Source of the DNA: a virus
Lineage: Duplodnaviria > Caudoviricetes
Reading direction: 5' to 3' (one strand)
IMG/VR virus record: IMGVR_UViG_3300025066_000136
Span: 1 to 25,690 of that record
Length of the DNA stretch: 25,690 nucleotides
Part shown: in pieces, positions 14,834 through 23,025 of the stretch
Layout: each line of letters opens with the position of its first letter
Numbering within the stretch: the first letter of the stretch is position 1
Made by a program: the position numbers and the translations under genes
Notes under the pieces: generated by a model
What the model saw: only the letters and a program-made list of their open reading frames with translations
Told to the model about the DNA's origin: nothing
Database searches by the model: none

Positions 14834-15064
14834 ATGATTAACGACCAACAAAGAGAACTAATGAAACAATTACCTGATACGGCTCATGGACGGGCTTTAA
14901 AGGACTACTTAGACGGAAAATTAAAAGAAATTCTGGATGTTTCAACATGTAATTCATGGGAAGAAACTCTAGGAAGAAAGTATGCCGCTCAACTGATAAA
15001 AGACCTTTTCTACATGATGGAGAAGAGAGAAACAGTCAAAAAGAGCAAAAACACGTATGAGTAG
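14834..15064 (+). CDS. Small helical head-module protein
   Basis: 76 aa between portal and scaffold; T.HGRALKDYL pattern typical of this slot in podovirus head operons. Confidence 0.7.
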   Translation: MINDQQRELMKQLPDTAHGRALKDYLDGKLKEILDVSTCNSWEETLGRKYAAQLIKDLFYMMEKRETVKKSKNTYE

Positions 15065-15076
15065 AATGGTACAATT
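15065..15076 (+). promoter_or_regulatory. Extended -10 promoter (late motif, copy 2)
   Basis: AATGGTACAATT upstream of scaffold and capsid; small hairpin GGCAG/CTGCC at about 15099-15117. Confidence 0.65.
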
Positions 15077-15132
15077 ACATTGTGGTTATTAGAAATTTGG
15101 CAGTTGTGTAATCTGCCGTAACAAAAACAACG

Positions 15133-15762
15133 ATGAATGAAGAAAATGAGGTAGTGGAGACTACCGAAAATACTCCCGACAATGGTGATGTTGTCGAAAA
15201 TTCTGAAGAAGCTCCAGAGGAAACTCCAGAGACTCCTGAGGAATCATCAACCGAATCTTCTCAAGAGGACTTGGTAGCTGTGGAACATCAGAAGTTCCAA
15301 GACCAAAAAAAGAGAGCTGAAAAGGCAGAATCAGAGAGAAAGGCTCTGGAAGATAAGCTAAACAAAGCTAATCAAACCAACACAAAAGACGGTGAGCAAT
15401 CATCAGCTCTAGATGTTGAAGATTACATTGGTATTAGCACTTCTCTCGAAGGGTTAGACCAGCGTGAAAAAGAACGACTGGCACGAGAGCATAAGCTTAC
15501 GGGTCGTCCCTTAGATGAAATACGACAAGATGAAGACTTCGCCCTTTGGCAAGATGCCTACCGAGCAAAGAAGGAGAAAGAGCAGGCCGCTTTAGCTCCT
15601 AGCGGTAAGCAAGGTGATGCGACTAAACCTACAACTCTGATGGATAGATTAGCTAACGCTTCTATTGAAGAGAAGGAGGCTATTCTTCAAGAGGCTGGAC
15701 TTTATAAAGCTCCAACCACTAAGAAAGACCGTGCACCGATTGGCGATGGACGAGGTAATTAA
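15133..15762 (+). CDS. Capsid scaffolding protein
   Basis: Acidic disordered N-terminus, KKRAEKAE coiled coil, directly before the capsid gene. Confidence 0.8.
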   Translation: MNEENEVVETTENTPDNGDVVENSEEAPEETPETPEESSTESSQEDLVAVEHQKFQDQKKRAEKAESERKALEDKLNKANQTNTKDGEQSSALDVEDYIGISTSLEGLDQREKERLAREHKLTGRPLDEIRQDEDFALWQDAYRAKKEKEQAALAPSGKQGDATKPTTLMDRLANASIEEKEAILQEAGLYKAPTTKKDRAPIGDGRGN

Positions 15763-15789
15763 AAGATTACCAATTAACTTACATTAAAA

Positions 15790-16725
15790 ATGACTCAAGT
15801 AGTATCAAATGATGTTAGTGCAATCACACCTGAATTATGGTCAAGCATGGTACAGGTTCCTTTGTACAAGTCTCTTGTTGCTCTAGAGGTTGCAAACACT
15901 CGTTTAGAGAATGAATTGCGAAATGCGGATACAATCCACATGCCACGATTCGGTGACCTTTCAGCACAGACTTATACTCCAGGCACAACAATCACAGCCA
16001 CAGCTCAAGACTGGGCATACGACACACTTGTGGTTTCAGCTTACAAGCATGTTACATTCTATGTAGACAATGTTGAGCAACTACAAGCTAACGTAGACCA
16101 AGCACGAGAACTGGCTACAGAAGCCGCTTACAGACTACGTGACTCTATTGACACTCACGTATTCGCAAACATTACTGGAACAGATGGATTTACAGTCGCT
16201 GACGATGAAGACCTTCTAGGAGGAACAAACGCACGACCTATCTCAGCAGGTACAGCAAACATCATCAACTTGTTTGCAGGTGCTCGAAAAGTTCTACGTG
16301 AGAACAACGTAGAAGAAATGGGAGATTGGGTAACTGTTGTTACACCTAAGGTTGCAGCCGACATCGAAATCAAGGCAGCTAACGTTGGATTCAACGTAGC
16401 AGATGCCACTCTTCGTAATGGTTATGCTGGAGACTTCATGGGATTCCAAGTGTACATCTCAAACAACCTACCATCAGGTAGCGTTTCAGCGATTGCACCT
16501 CAAATTTCAGGAGGAGCAGTTTCAGCTACAACAGCCACATCTATGTACTTCGGACGAAAAGGAACTATTGATGTAGTTCTACAAAAAGCACCCGCTTTGG
16601 AAATTCGTCAGAAAGATGACATGATTGGTGCAAACTTCATTACCTACACAGTTTATGGTTCAAGTGTATTCACAAAGAACCGTTCACGAGGTTTGAACGT
16701 TGCAGTTGACGCAGCATTTGCCTAG
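15790..16725 (+). CDS. Major capsid protein (P22 coat-like, HK97 fold)
   Basis: ITPELWS, DTIHMPRFG, AAYRLRDSID, NGYAGDFMGFQVYISNNLP and VYGS motifs; strongly biased codon usage. Confidence 0.92.
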   Translation: MTQVVSNDVSAITPELWSSMVQVPLYKSLVALEVANTRLENELRNADTIHMPRFGDLSAQTYTPGTTITATAQDWAYDTLVVSAYKHVTFYVDNVEQLQANVDQARELATEAAYRLRDSIDTHVFANITGTDGFTVADDEDLLGGTNARPISAGTANIINLFAGARKVLRENNVEEMGDWVTVVTPKVAADIEIKAANVGFNVADATLRNGYAGDFMGFQVYISNNLPSGSVSAIAPQISGGAVSATTATSMYFGRKGTIDVVLQKAPALEIRQKDDMIGANFITYTVYGSSVFTKNRSRGLNVAVDAAFA

Positions 16726-16744
16726 TCCTTTCGACTAAGTTGTT

Positions 16745-16792
16745 TATCGCCTATTCTACTCACTTTGGAGTAGGCGATACAAAGTGAGAGTA
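16745..16792 (+). promoter_or_regulatory. Post-capsid hairpin with an alternative pairing and no U-tract
   Basis: 13-bp stem 16745-16757 / 16767-16779; CTCACTTTG (16759-16767) is complementary to CAAAGTGAG (16780-16788). Confidence 0.65.
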
Positions 16793-16822
16793 ACTTAGAT
16801 ACTACTTATTAACTTAACGATT

Positions 16823-17038
16823 ATGAAAATATTTTACCGTTGGTTAGCAAAAAGCCGACTAATTAGAAGATACAAATATCTTATTGAAGTGAATAATATT
16901 CTAGAGGAATATATTACTCACAAGATTACTCAAGGTGGTAGTTCAGAATTTCTGACAAAAGCCCGACAAGACTTGGTAAACAAGCAAGCAGAGATTAAGG
17001 AGACTTCTGCTATGTTGGACTTCTTAAAAAAGGTGTAA
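16823..17038 (+). CDS. Hypothetical protein (71 aa), first gene of the glycan block
   Basis: Basic amphipathic N-terminus; A/T-rich initiation context. Confidence 0.7.
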   Translation: MKIFYRWLAKSRLIRRYKYLIEVNNILEEYITHKITQGGSSEFLTKARQDLVNKQAEIKETSAMLDFLKKV

Positions 17039-17051
17039 TATAATATTATCT

Positions 17052-18167
17052 ATGAAAATACTGTTTATGACAGATAGCCAGATGTGTTTCCAATCTGGAA
17101 TCTGGTGGCACAGGATAGAGATGCCAACAAGAGCTTTGGAAAAAAGAGGACATGCTGTTAAGCAAGTTGCTATTGGAGCTGAAGTACCAGAAGCATTAAT
17201 GGAGTGGCCAGATGTTGTAATCTTTGGTCGTTCTTATGCAGAGTGCTTTGACCCTGTTAAGATAATGCGTGATTACAAGAAGAGAGGTACACGAGTATTG
17301 TACGATATGGATGATGATTTCTGGGAAGTAGCCGAACATAATCCATCAAGTCTTGTATCTAATGCCCATAAAGACCAATACGAAGGCATGATTAAAGAGG
17401 CTGATGTAGTAATTACTCCAAGTAAGAATCTAGCCAAGAAGTTCAAGAAACACTTCAAGAAGCAGAAGGTAATGATTTGCCCTAACGCTATTGATACCAA
17501 GGAATACAAACCACGACCTAAGCAAATGGATAGACCAGTTATTGGGTACATGGGGGCAGCTTCACACTGGAAAGACCTACAGCTTATTGGAGAAGTAATT
17601 GAAGACCTATCAAAAAAGTACGATTTCTTCTTCACTATCTACGGAATTACAGGTGATGCTCTTGAAGCAGCGTTGTATATGTACAACAAGATGTACAAGA
17701 TGAATCTAAAGCCAGAGCAGAATGAATACTTCAAAGCTGCCTTGGAATTTAGAGACCAACTGAAAGAAACTAAACTCCTACACATACCTTTCATGCCACC
17801 AGAATTACATCCTGGGGTACTTTCACGTTCTGACTTTGACATTGGTATTGCTCCTCTAGAGGATACTGAGTTCAACAAAGGAAAATCTTGTGTGAAATTC
17901 TATGAGTATGCTGGTGTAGATACTGTAACTCTAGCTTCTGACGTAGAACCCTATAAATCAGAGGTTAATTATCGAGCCAAGAATACTAAAAAGGATTGGT
18001 ACAACAAACTAGAGAAGTTACTGGTAGATAAAGACTTTAGAGAGAAGACTCTGGCTGAACAACAGAAGTATGTTCTAGAGAATAGAACTGTTGAAACTGT
18101 AGGTGTTGATTGGGAAGTAGCCTTACAAAATCAAGACGGAATTAAGACTCGTAACCAAAGGAAATAA
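17052..18167 (+). CDS. GT-B fold glycosyltransferase (GT4-like)
   Basis: R..MP..AL, YDMDDDFW, AD.VIT.S..LA, PNAID, IGYMGAASH.KDL and DIGIAPLEDTEFNKGKSCVKFYEY. Confidence 0.88.
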   Translation: MKILFMTDSQMCFQSGIWWHRIEMPTRALEKRGHAVKQVAIGAEVPEALMEWPDVVIFGRSYAECFDPVKIMRDYKKRGTRVLYDMDDDFWEVAEHNPSSLVSNAHKDQYEGMIKEADVVITPSKNLAKKFKKHFKKQKVMICPNAIDTKEYKPRPKQMDRPVIGYMGAASHWKDLQLIGEVIEDLSKKYDFFFTIYGITGDALEAALYMYNKMYKMNLKPEQNEYFKAALEFRDQLKETKLLHIPFMPPELHPGVLSRSDFDIGIAPLEDTEFNKGKSCVKFYEYAGVDTVTLASDVEPYKSEVNYRAKNTKKDWYNKLEKLLVDKDFREKTLAEQQKYVLENRTVETVGVDWEVALQNQDGIKTRNQRK

Positions 18168-18168
18168 T

Positions 18169-19035
18169 ATGAAGGTTCACATCCAAGACCACAATCAAAT
18201 CTTGGGGGACATTCGTAAAGAATTTGAGGTTGTTGAGAAGTTAGATGAAGCTGATGTTCTGTTTATCTGGAACGATGTGTTGTCTGTAGAACGTTCTATC
18301 ATTGATTATGCAAAGAAACGGAAGATTAAGACTTATGTGTTTGAACATGGTAGACGAGGCTCTTCAAAGTATTACCCTCCATTCAACGAAGAAATCTATG
18401 CAGACACGATGTTTGTTTGGGGAGAATTAGACAAAGAGAGGTTAATTGAAGCTGGTAGAAAGAAGAAAAAGATTAAAGTCGTAGGTACCACCGTTTTCTC
18501 TCATCTCAAAGGGAGGAAGGAACATGAAGGTATAAATGTCGTCTTCTGTCCTGAACATTGGGATAAGCCAGTAATTGAGAATCAGCAAGTACGGAAAGAA
18601 TTGAACAAATTGAAGGGAGTAAATATCGTTACTAAGCTGATTGATATGCACGACCCAAGTTTGTTTGATAATCCTATAATCTCAGACCGAAGGAGTCCTG
18701 ACCATCTAGATATTTGTGCTGATGTTCTATCTACCGCAGACCTTGTGGTGGGTGTTGCTGAAGGAACATTTGAGTTAATGGCACAGGCTCTAGACATTCC
18801 AGTTGTGACAATGGAGGAGTGGTCTCCTAAGGCGTTTGGGGGTGATGAGAAGTATGAGGTATACACTCGTCATATATCTCCAGCATCTAAGAGAGCAACG
18901 ATGGATAATCTTCTGGAGGTGATTCAATCACAGCTAGATAATCCAGATGAACTGAAAGAAGAGAGAAAGAAAGCTGTAGAAGACGAGGGAGGAATGAGCT
19001 TAGACACAATCAAATTAATAAAAGAACAATTATGA
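18169..19035 (+). CDS. GT-B fold protein, putative nonulosonate or polyol-phosphate transferase
   Basis: FEHG, D..FVWGE...E.L...G...KIKVVG and ADLVVG..EGTFELMA..LDIPVV resemble capsule-synthesis transferases; a UDP-GlcNAc 2-epimerase-like role is not excluded. Confidence 0.65.
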   Translation: MKVHIQDHNQILGDIRKEFEVVEKLDEADVLFIWNDVLSVERSIIDYAKKRKIKTYVFEHGRRGSSKYYPPFNEEIYADTMFVWGELDKERLIEAGRKKKKIKVVGTTVFSHLKGRKEHEGINVVFCPEHWDKPVIENQQVRKELNKLKGVNIVTKLIDMHDPSLFDNPIISDRRSPDHLDICADVLSTADLVVGVAEGTFELMAQALDIPVVTMEEWSPKAFGGDEKYEVYTRHISPASKRATMDNLLEVIQSQLDNPDELKEERKKAVEDEGGMSLDTIKLIKEQL

Positions 19036-20285
19036 AAATAAAAGATACAATCAGCGAATTATTTAAATTCAACCGATGTCTATTGGGAGAAGGATATGAT
19101 AATGCGATGGAGTATATTAATCAGTTGGTAGGGGTGGAAGTTACATCAGTTCCTAGTGGGACAGAATTAGGAACATGGACTGTACCTGATGAGTGGGTTA
19201 TACGGGATGGTTGGATTAAATTCAATGGAAAGAAGATTGTTGATTACAAGAAGAATCCTCTTTCAGTAGTTGTTGGTTCTATGCCAATCCATAAGAAAGT
19301 TAAAAGGGCTGAGCTATTGAATCATCTCTACTACAATGAAGAGAGACCAGATGATTACAAGTATGAATATAAGTTCTATGACAAGGACTGGGGGTTCACT
19401 ATGCCCTATAACAAAGTTAAGGACGAAGAAGGTAAGGTGATTCTAAAAGAAGGAGAGTATGAGGTATTTGTAGATGCTGAATATAAGCCTGGTAATCTAA
19501 AGTATGGGGTGCATACTATTCCAGGTAAGACAGATAGAGAAATACTTCTATTCGCCCACCTAGACCACCCATATCAGGCTAATGATAATCTATCAGCAGT
19601 AGCTTGTTTATTGGACTTAATTAAGGATGCTAAGAAGGCTAACTTTGACCATACAATCAAGCTAGTATTCTGCCCTGAAACTATTGGTTCTCAAGCGTAC
19701 GGTTATACGGAAGACCTTTCCAAGGTTGATTTTGTAGTGGCCGTAGACATCTGTGGTAATGACAATCCTCTTCTATTCCAGAAGTCATTCGATGCAGACC
19801 ACATTCTCAACAAGATTACTCACAGTGCCTTTCACACACTGGCTCGTCAGTACAGAAAGGGACAATTCCGAAACCTAATTGGTTCAGATGAATATTTCTT
19901 CAATGACCCTAATGTAGGTATCCCAGGAATAATGTTGAGTCGTCATCCATATCCTGAGTATCATACAGATAAAGATACTCCAGATATTATTGATGAGAAG
20001 ATGGTGCATGAGACAGGAGAGGCTATTCTGAAGATGATTGAAGTCTACGAGAATGACTTTATCCCTAAGAGATTAGCAAAAGGTTCTCTGATGAGAAGTC
20101 GTTATGGGTATCAAACTCTAAGTCCACAAACAAACCTAACTCTGGATTACTTCTACTACTCAATAGATGGAAAGAAGACTCTTGCTGAGTTGTGTTGTGA
20201 TTATGGTCTTAGCTTTGACCACATGAAAGAATTATTAGAAAAAATTGAAAAAGATGGAAAACTTGAAAGGGTTAATAATAGCTAA
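19032..20285 (+). CDS. DUF4910/DUF2172 M28 aminopeptidase-like protein with C-terminal winged helix
   Basis: R.L.GEG, SGT....WTVPDEW, HLY...ERPD, Y.Y.FY...WGF, HLDHP..ANDNLS, PETIGS, GSDE..F, YPEYHT..D and DGKKTL. Confidence 0.88.
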   Translation: MKIKDTISELFKFNRCLLGEGYDNAMEYINQLVGVEVTSVPSGTELGTWTVPDEWVIRDGWIKFNGKKIVDYKKNPLSVVVGSMPIHKKVKRAELLNHLYYNEERPDDYKYEYKFYDKDWGFTMPYNKVKDEEGKVILKEGEYEVFVDAEYKPGNLKYGVHTIPGKTDREILLFAHLDHPYQANDNLSAVACLLDLIKDAKKANFDHTIKLVFCPETIGSQAYGYTEDLSKVDFVVAVDICGNDNPLLFQKSFDADHILNKITHSAFHTLARQYRKGQFRNLIGSDEYFFNDPNVGIPGIMLSRHPYPEYHTDKDTPDIIDEKMVHETGEAILKMIEVYENDFIPKRLAKGSLMRSRYGYQTLSPQTNLTLDYFYYSIDGKKTLAELCCDYGLSFDHMKELLEKIEKDGKLERVNNS

Positions 20286-20826
20286 ACAAAATAGCAATAG
20301 GCTTCCAGGCAAAAACACTCTAGACTTTAATGGTGAGCCAATGTTCCTAACGAATGTGAAGAAATGTCTAGAAATCTTTGATGAGGTATACGTCAGTTCT
20401 GACAGTAAGGACATCTTGGCTCTTGCGGAAGAGGTTGGAGCTAAGACAATCATCAGAGGAGAGGAACTTTGTGGTGAGACTCCTAATGTGAAGGTCTATC
20501 AACATGCTATTAAGCATATGGGAGATGTTAGCGGTATTGTTGCAGTTCAGGCTAATAGCCCCACTGTGGAATCAAAGAATATATTACTAGCAAAGTATCT
20601 ATTGGAAGCAGGATTACAGGAAGTAATGACCAGCCATCCTGTGGTACATCAGAAGAAGTATCATGACCAGAACGCTAAGATATATGGTTCGGTATGGGGA
20701 ATGTCAAAGAATAGGCTTGAGCATTACCCAGACCCATATAAGCCTAATCCTGATGCTTTACTGACGGATTATAGTATTGATATAGAGACAATAGATGAGT
20801 ACCAAGAAGCATTAAAAACTAATTAA
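20254..20826 (+). CDS. neuA: Acylneuraminate cytidylyltransferase family (CMP-nonulosonate synthetase-like)
   Basis: IIAKQNSNRLPGKN, FDEVYVSSD, QANSP and SIDIET motifs; adjacent to neuB. Confidence 0.82.
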   Translation: MENLKGLIIAKQNSNRLPGKNTLDFNGEPMFLTNVKKCLEIFDEVYVSSDSKDILALAEEVGAKTIIRGEELCGETPNVKVYQHAIKHMGDVSGIVAVQANSPTVESKNILLAKYLLEAGLQEVMTSHPVVHQKKYHDQNAKIYGSVWGMSKNRLEHYPDPYKPNPDALLTDYSIDIETIDEYQEALKTN

Positions 20827-20834
20827 TAATTACC

Positions 20835-21902
20835 ATGATTAAGATAGGAAATAAAATATTAGGAGAGAAGCCATACATCATTGCCGAGTTTGGCGTGAAT
20901 CATAATGGCTCTTTAAAGAGAGCAAAAGAAGGTATTAGAAAAGCTGCCCATGCTGGTGCAGATGCAATAAAATTCCAGACATATACAGCAGATGAGCTTG
21001 TATGTAAGGGTACGCCCAAATTCTGGGAGTTTGAAGAGGACGAGGAAAAAGACCAACATGAAGCTTATGAAGGTCTAGGGGGAGAACCAATGGAATGGTA
21101 TCCCGAACTGATGAAGTATTGTGAGGAGTGTGGAATTGAGTTCATGACTACTTGTTTTAGTGCTGAAACTGCTGACCACTTCAATGAACTAGGAATGAAA
21201 GCATTTAAGGTAGCATCCTCTGATATGTCTACAATTCCGTATCTAAAGCATATTGCTAGATACAATAAGCCAATCCTTCTATCAACAGGGGCTTCTACAA
21301 TGGAAGAGATTGAGGAGGCTGTACAAGCTATCAAGGAAGAGGGCAACAATCAGATTGTGGTAATGCACTGTACTCTTTGTTACCCAACAATGTATCCTGA
21401 CAGAGAGGTACATTATGAAGATGCTAATTTATCAATTATTCAGACCCTAAAAGCTAAGTTCCCAGATTTAGTGATAGGAATATCTGACCATACTCAGACT
21501 CCATCTTCTTCAGTTATAGCTTACGCTATGGGAGCTGATGTTATTGAGAAACACTACACAGTAGACAAGACACTGGGTAAGTCAGCCGACCACTGGTTCT
21601 CAGTTGACCCCGAAGAATTGAAAGAGATTGTAGATAATTGTAAAGAAGTCCAGACACTCAAAGGTACGGCAGAGAAGAAAGTATTTGACTGTGAGAAAGA
21701 AACTCGCTTACACGACAAACGGAGTATTGTATTGAAAGTAGATGTTAAGGAGGGAGATGCAATCACAGAAGATATGTTGACCTATAAGAGACCAGGAACA
21801 GGTATCTGGCCATCAGAGTTAGATGAAGTAATTGGTTCAACAGCTTCTGAAGATATTAATAGAGATAATCCACTACAATGGCAGCAACTAAAAAGGAAAT
21901 AA
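20835..21902 (+). CDS. neuB: N-acetylneuraminate/nonulosonate synthase with C-terminal SAF domain
   Basis: PYIIAEFGVNHNG, GADAIKFQTY, FKVASSD, LSTGASTMEEI, MHCT..YP, GISDHT, IEKHYT, DH.FS and KRPGTGI. Confidence 0.95.
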   Translation: MIKIGNKILGEKPYIIAEFGVNHNGSLKRAKEGIRKAAHAGADAIKFQTYTADELVCKGTPKFWEFEEDEEKDQHEAYEGLGGEPMEWYPELMKYCEECGIEFMTTCFSAETADHFNELGMKAFKVASSDMSTIPYLKHIARYNKPILLSTGASTMEEIEEAVQAIKEEGNNQIVVMHCTLCYPTMYPDREVHYEDANLSIIQTLKAKFPDLVIGISDHTQTPSSSVIAYAMGADVIEKHYTVDKTLGKSADHWFSVDPEELKEIVDNCKEVQTLKGTAEKKVFDCEKETRLHDKRSIVLKVDVKEGDAITEDMLTYKRPGTGIWPSELDEVIGSTASEDINRDNPLQWQQLKRK

Positions 21903-22450
21903 TGAAAGACCTTAAAGATGTTATGGCCGTCTTTAAGAGATTTGGAGTAGAGGCCTATCTATCTTATGGAGCAGTTCTTGGAGCTGTGCGAGATGGAGAC
22001 TTTATCCCCTGGGATGATGACATTGATATTGATGTTATAGACGATATTCCTTTTGAGGTTAGAAAGGCAATAGGTTGGGCACTATATGATATTGGTTTTA
22101 ATCCCCAACCAATCTCTTTCAATATCTTTGGAAGGATGGAGTTAGCTGAATTAGGGTACAACGGAGATGCTGAAACAGGAATCATTGTTTGTGAGAGAAA
22201 CTTCCCATTTTCAATATTCTTCTATAGGGAAGAGGGAGATGAAATGGTTTGTACTCCGAAGGTAGGTTGTAGAAAGCTCCTTAGCGTACCTACTAAGTTC
22301 TACAAGAAACCTGATACAGTTAAACTACATAGGACTAAGTTCAAGACACCAGGCCCTGTTAAAGAGTATCTGACCTACGTCTATGATGACTGGAAAGAAC
22401 CAGTTAAAGATTATCACGCACCTAAATACGAAGACCGACATGCAAACTAA
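21902..22450 (+). CDS. LicD-family nucleotidyltransferase-fold phosphotransferase
   Basis: YGAVLGAVRDGDFIPWDDDIDI and P...KEYLT.VY.DWK.P; start set at the TAATG overlap with neuB. Confidence 0.88.
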   Translation: MKDLKDVMAVFKRFGVEAYLSYGAVLGAVRDGDFIPWDDDIDIDVIDDIPFEVRKAIGWALYDIGFNPQPISFNIFGRMELAELGYNGDAETGIIVCERNFPFSIFFYREEGDEMVCTPKVGCRKLLSVPTKFYKKPDTVKLHRTKFKTPGPVKEYLTYVYDDWKEPVKDYHAPKYEDRHAN

Positions 22451-22973
22451 ACATTGGAAAGATTTTTACGAATCACATAAAGAAACACAAGGAGCTAGTT
22501 CTTTTGCTAAGTTCACCTTACGTCTAATGAGAGATAGTGGAGGGAAGGTTGTAGACCTCGGCTCAGGAGACGGGCGAGACACTAACTTCTTTAAGAAGTG
22601 GGATATAGACGTTACGCCAGTTGATATTGCTACGACAGGAGTATCAGTAAAGGATTATATGAAAGACAATTCATCTCCGAAGTATGTATATACCAGATTC
22701 TTCTGGCATGCTATCTCCAGAGAAGAACAGCTAGCTATATTAGAATGGGCTTCTGATTACGTCTTAATTGAAGCCAGAACTACAGATGATGAGGGAAGGA
22801 CAAAGATATATGATGACCACAACAGAAACTATGTTGATGTTAATAAATTAGTTAGTGACCTGAAGTATCATGGCTTTGAAATAAGGTATCTGGCAGAAGG
22901 TACTAACTTCTCTAAGATGGAAGATGAAGACCCTCATCTTGTAAGAGTAGTAGCTCATAAAACAAAGAAGTAG
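22440..22973 (+). CDS. Class I SAM-dependent methyltransferase
   Basis: HWKDFY, SSFAKF, VVDLGSGDGRDTNFF, YTRFFWHAI, IEART and H.R.YV; start moved to the ATG at 22440. Confidence 0.82.
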   Translation: MQTKHWKDFYESHKETQGASSFAKFTLRLMRDSGGKVVDLGSGDGRDTNFFKKWDIDVTPVDIATTGVSVKDYMKDNSSPKYVYTRFFWHAISREEQLAILEWASDYVLIEARTTDDEGRTKIYDDHNRNYVDVNKLVSDLKYHGFEIRYLAEGTNFSKMEDEDPHLVRVVAHKTKK

Positions 22974-22990
22974 ACAGCTTGTTACACCTC

Positions 22991-23002
22991 AATGGTATAA
23001 TT
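22991..23002 (+). promoter_or_regulatory. Extended -10 promoter (late motif, copy 3)
   Basis: AATGGTATAATT right after the glycan block, before the adaptor gene. Confidence 0.7.
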
Positions 23003-23025
23003 GGATTATATAACCAATATATATT

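Noticed and set aside
17052-22973. Glycan block as a DNA hypermodification system
   Set aside because: Down-weighted, not excluded: no base hydroxymethylase, TET/JBP, kinase or DNA polymerase is nearby, and the block sits in a late structural unit.
17052-22973. Glycan block as host chromosomal DNA or a chimeric join
   Set aside because: No flippase, polymerase or export genes; same strand, packing and initiation style as the phage genes; structural gene order resumes after it. Read mapping would be the final check.
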